Positions 18,061-21,171 of a stretch of DNA of 21,171 nucleotides are shown piece after piece. The notes under the pieces were generated by a model. It was not told where the DNA came from. It saw nothing but the letters and a program-made list of their open reading frames with translations, and did not search any database. Where the stretch lies: contig JBMFHL010000012.1 in NCBI GenBank assembly GCA_049976845.1, positions 1 to 21,171 of the forward strand, given 5' to 3'. The translations under genes were made by a program, and so were the position numbers. The stretch's first letter is position 1. Every line of letters begins with the position of its first letter. The stretch is from Candidatus Micrarchaeia archaeon. GTDB taxonomy: Archaea > Micrarchaeota > Micrarchaeia > Micrarchaeales > CABMGC01.

Positions 18061-18705
18061 TTGAGAAGGCCGAATCCAACAAGGATGAATCTGATAAACT
18101 TGAAGAGGAATATAGTTTTAGCTCGCAAAGGTCACGACATACTGAAAAGAAAGAGGGAGGTTTTGGTATTGGAGTTTCTCAGGCTATTGCAGGAATCTAA
18201 AAGCGACAGGGATTACCTTCAAAGCCTCATACAGGAATCTTATAAGACTGTAGCAATTGCGTCAACCTACGTGGGCAGTTTCCAATTGGAGACTATAGCT
18301 GCACATGTAACTGAAACTTCGCCGGTAAGCATAGTGCTGAAAAATATAATGGGCGTCAAGGTTCCGGAGATAAAGAGGGCGGGAAGTAAAGAGTTTATAG
18401 GATTGCTGAGCAGAGGTTATAGCTTAATAACCACGAGCACTGCTGTGGATGATGTCAGTGATTCCTTCCAGAGTGTAGAAGAGAATATACTTGAGATAGC
18501 TAAGAGGGAGCAAGGGCTCAAGAGAATAGTGATAGAAATAGACAAGACTAAAAGGAGGGTAAACGCATTGGAGTATATACTTGTGCCCAGCCTGAATGCA
18601 CAGGTTAAATATATCACAATGAGGCTGGATGAAATGGATAGGGACATGTTCTCGGCATTGAAGCACGTTAAGAAAAAACTTGCCAAAGTTGAGGTTTCTG
18701 CTTAG
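18061..18705 (+). CDS. atpD: A/V-type ATP synthase subunit D
   Basis: NPTRMNL, GHDILKRKR, NIMGVKVP, EIDKTKRRVNALE; TTG start. Confidence 0.95.
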   Translation: MRRPNPTRMNLINLKRNIVLARKGHDILKRKREVLVLEFLRLLQESKSDRDYLQSLIQESYKTVAIASTYVGSFQLETIAAHVTETSPVSIVLKNIMGVKVPEIKRAGSKEFIGLLSRGYSLITTSTAVDDVSDSFQSVEENILEIAKREQGLKRIVIEIDKTKRRVNALEYILVPSLNAQVKYITMRLDEMDRDMFSALKHVKKKLAKVEVSA

Positions 18706-18713
18706 GTGCTTTT

Positions 18714-19388
18714 ATGGCTTGGGCTTGCTTGTTCAGCGGGGGCAAGGATTCGACGCTTGCATTGCATAAGGCTTTCGAGAACGGAATAAAAGTTGAATTG
18801 CTCATTACAATGAGGAGCGCAAATCCCGAAAGCTACATGTTCCATTATCCAAATATAGAATACACAAAACTTCAGGCTGAAGCATTGAATATAAAACAAG
18901 TTATGTATGATACCAAAGGGGTTAAAGAGAAGGAATTGGATGATCTTGAAAAGGCTTTGAAAGAAAATAATGTTTCTGGAGTAGTCACTGGTGCCACTTA
19001 TAGCGAATATCAGGCAAGCAGGGTAAATACTATTGCGGACAGGCTTGGCATAGAGCACTTTGCGCCGCTTTGGCATATTGACCCGATTAAGGAGCTGAAC
19101 GAATTGTCTGAGAGATATAATGCTATAATAACTGCTGTTTCTGCTGAAGGTCTTGATTCATCGTTCCTGGGCGAGAGGATAGATTACAAAATGATAAAGA
19201 AGCTCGAAAATGTAAACAGGCGCTTCGGAATAAACATGCTCTTTGAAGGAGGAGAAGCAGAGACGTTTGTGCTTGATGCGCCGCTGTTCAGGAAAAGGGT
19301 AATAGTTAAAAATGCAAAAAAAGAGTACAGCAATTTTAGGGGAATGTATATAATTGAGAATGCTGTATTAGCTGATAAAGAGGCATAG
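18714..19388 (+). CDS. Diphthine--ammonia ligase (Dph6-like PP-loop ATPase)
   Basis: LFSGGKDS, ESYMFH, E.ELDDL, GA..SEYQ..R, APLW, EGGEAETFVLDAPLF. Confidence 0.88.
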   Translation: MAWACLFSGGKDSTLALHKAFENGIKVELLITMRSANPESYMFHYPNIEYTKLQAEALNIKQVMYDTKGVKEKELDDLEKALKENNVSGVVTGATYSEYQASRVNTIADRLGIEHFAPLWHIDPIKELNELSERYNAIITAVSAEGLDSSFLGERIDYKMIKKLENVNRRFGINMLFEGGEAETFVLDAPLFRKRVIVKNAKKEYSNFRGMYIIENAVLADKEA

Positions 19389-19390
19389 CA

Positions 19391-20605
19391 ATGCTCATTT
19401 CGAAAAGAAGCAGATATGCACGCAACCCTATAGAGGAAGAGGATGCATTGGCAAGCATACTTGCAGAGAAAGGTAGGAAGATAATAAAGCTTAACAGGGG
19501 AGATCCTCCTGTATATTTCCCCACGCCGGAATATATTATAAAGGCGTACATTGCCGCACTCAGGGAGAAGAGAACTACTTATACATCGGCATTTGGCATA
19601 GAAGAGTTGAGGAGCGCAGTCAGTAAAAGATACAAAAGCATGTACAATATAGACTCGGGGAGCGATGATGTAATTGTTGTCCAGGGTGTTACTGAAGCGC
19701 TGAAATTCATTAACTCTGCACTTATTGATGAATCAGACAATGCGGTGATATTCAAGCCCTACTACCCTTTATACTTGCCAGATCTTTTGATTTACGGAGG
19801 CAAGCCTGTTTTTGGTAAGTATGAAGAAGAAAAGGAATGGAGCATAGATATTGATAGACTTGAAAGCGCACTGAGGAGAACTACAAAGAAGCCAAAATAC
19901 ATGCTCATAACAAATCCAAATAACCCGACAGGCAGCGTGCTTGGGAGAAGCACATTGGAGAGGATCGTGGAAATTGCAAACGAATATGATATTGTATTGA
20001 TAAGCGACGAGATATACGACGAAATAGTCTACAATGGAGCCAAATTTACAAGCATAGGGCAGGTAGCGAAGGGCATGCCGCACGTAATACTTAATGGCGC
20101 ATCAAAAGACTTCGATGCCACCGGATTCAGGCTCGGCTTTATGCTTATTCCAGGAGATGATAGCGTATCAAAAACACTAAAAAGCACTTTCGCTAGATAC
20201 GCGCAGGCAAGGCTTTCGCCTAATGCGCCTGCACAATATGCGCTTGCCGAAGGAATTAACAACGCTAGAGAGCACCAGAGGAGCATAAAGCGCATGGTAG
20301 GAGAGATTGAGAAAAGGGTGAACCTTACCACAAAGATAATAAACGAGAGCGAGTACATGAGTGCGGTTAATCCTAAGGGTGCTTTTTATGTATTTCCAAA
20401 AGTGAATCTTGACATGCTTAAGATAAAGAATGACAAAGAGTTTGTTGATAAGCTGCTTTATGAGGAGCGCGTGCAGCTCACAAGAGGCTCTGGATTTGGC
20501 GAGCAGGGGCATATAAGGATTGTTGCGCTGCCACCAAAAAATATATTAGAGTATGCGCTCAATAAGATAAACGATTTTTGCAGGAGGAATTCAAAGGAGG
20601 CATAG
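19391..20605 (+). CDS. PLP-dependent aminotransferase class I/II (alanine/aspartate aminotransferase-like)
   Basis: LNRGDP, P.YPLY, ITNPNNPTG, ISDEIYD, GASK...TGFRLG (PLP Lys), P.GAFY, GSGFG...HIR. Confidence 0.93.
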   Translation: MLISKRSRYARNPIEEEDALASILAEKGRKIIKLNRGDPPVYFPTPEYIIKAYIAALREKRTTYTSAFGIEELRSAVSKRYKSMYNIDSGSDDVIVVQGVTEALKFINSALIDESDNAVIFKPYYPLYLPDLLIYGGKPVFGKYEEEKEWSIDIDRLESALRRTTKKPKYMLITNPNNPTGSVLGRSTLERIVEIANEYDIVLISDEIYDEIVYNGAKFTSIGQVAKGMPHVILNGASKDFDATGFRLGFMLIPGDDSVSKTLKSTFARYAQARLSPNAPAQYALAEGINNAREHQRSIKRMVGEIEKRVNLTTKIINESEYMSAVNPKGAFYVFPKVNLDMLKIKNDKEFVDKLLYEERVQLTRGSGFGEQGHIRIVALPPKNILEYALNKINDFCRRNSKEA

Positions 20606-20680
20606 TCTAATGGTAGGACGTCACCCTTACAAGAATATCTAAGAACGGTGAAGATCCGGGTTCGATTCCCTGTGCCTCCA
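20596..20680 (+). tRNA. tRNA-Val(TAC) with a 14-nt intron at position 37/38 (20632-20645)
   Basis: Acceptor GGAGGCA/TGCCTCC with discriminator A; D arm GTCT...GGAC; anticodon stem TCACC/GGTGA; loop CT-TAC-A|C; TTCGATT T-loop; the intron forms a canonical BHB. Confidence 0.92.
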
Positions 20681-20799
20681 TTCGTGATACTTCTTTTATC
20701 TCCTATTATATGGCAACGACGATATTATTTAGCCCACTGCAATCTAATTTGAAGGAATAGTAATAAATACTATGACATAAGGATTTCGCCCTTATAAAC

Positions 20800-21072
20800 T
20801 TATCGCGTGCGGGCCCTCTCCGCCGATGAGGTCGGCGGTATCCCCGCACTTGATAAGCCTTTCTGCGAGTTGCTGTGCATCTCCTTTATTCTTGGCAGGG
20901 AATTCTGCTGGTCAAGATATGAGATTTGCTTTCCCTCTTCCATTGCCTTGAGCCTCTCCGCAAGCGCATGATTATAGAGCAGTCTGCATTTTTCTGATAT
21001 TTCCGCAAGCACCTGCTCCTGCGCATTGGTTGGTTTTATCTCTATCCTTTCGGCAAGCTGCATCTTAATCAT
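20800..21072 (-). pseudogene. tnpB: Truncated tnpB (only the N-terminal ~65 aa of an IS200/IS605 OrfB)
   Basis: RIEIKPTNAQEQVL....EKCRLLYNHALAER and SY.DQQNSLP.IK match the TnpB N-terminal HTH region. No RuvC or zinc finger follows; the ORF runs directly into the end hairpin. Confidence 0.8.
20820..20838 (-). repeat. Right-end subterminal hairpin CCGCCGAC-CTC-ATCGGCGG
   Basis: 7 perfect base pairs, nested in an outer GTGCGGG/CCCGCAC stem (20807-20849). Confidence 0.7.
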
Positions 21073-21134
21073 TTACTTTACTACACTAAAGTATATAAAG
21101 ATTGTGAGATAAGGAGTAAAAGTACATTATATAA

Positions 21135-21153
21135 CCCTCAACGAAGTTGAGGG
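21135..21153 (-). repeat. Left-end subterminal hairpin CCCTCAAC-TTC-GTTGAGGG
   Basis: Perfect 8-bp inverted repeat with a 3-nt loop upstream of the tnpB fragment. Confidence 0.7.
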
Positions 21154-21171
21154 AATTCTTTTAAATATTAA

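Larger units (their letters stand above)
20807..21160 (-). mobile_element. Non-autonomous, internally deleted IS200/IS605-family element (exact ends uncertain; the left end may extend past the window)
   Basis: tnpB fragment bracketed by two related hairpins at 20820-20838 and 21135-21153. Confidence 0.7.

Noticed and set aside
20807..20849. Archaeal SECIS element
   Set aside because: It lacks the GAA/A internal loop, no in-frame UGA selenoprotein is nearby, and an IS end explains it better.
20792..20875. Alternative minus-strand frame QQLAERLIKCGDT..., echoing the MQLAERI start of tnpB
   Set aside because: Five-residue match with weak DNA identity and no start codon; probably coincidence.
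1..21171. CRISPR array, rRNA, and the many 60-250 aa antisense or overlapping ORFs in the track
   Set aside because: No regularly spaced repeats or rRNA-like sequence were seen; the extra ORFs are shadows of well-supported genes and show no recognisable motifs.

Overview
A compact archaeal chromosomal region. Archaeal origin is supported by TATA-type promoters, GGTG(A) ribosome-binding sites, a BHB-intron tRNA, a Dph6-family gene and an A/V-type ATP synthase. The tight gene packing suggests a DPANN (Micrarchaeota-like) genome, which is inference only. From left to right: a MEMO1-family gene; a UbiE-like methyltransferase; an accessory block (NodU/CmcH carbamoyltransferase, large GT-C-like membrane protein, Thr-nucleophile sulfatase-like enzyme, and an operon of RHH regulator, 98-aa orphan, cysD and cysN); an orphan gene; tRNA-Arg(TCG); a complete ATP synthase operon (H-I-K-E-C-F-A-B-D); a diphthine-ammonia ligase; a class I/II aminotransferase whose last 10 nt overlap an intron-containing tRNA-Val(TAC); and an internally deleted IS200/IS605 (tnpB) remnant with two covarying end hairpins. 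The best candidate for an undescribed system is the sulfate-activation/glycan-decoration module. In it, the RHH regulator and CysD end in the same KLRALGY peptide, CysD carries an APS-reductase-like CC...CxxC motif, and an AATGTTA repeat marks both the operon promoter and the divergent GT/sulfatase-like promoter.
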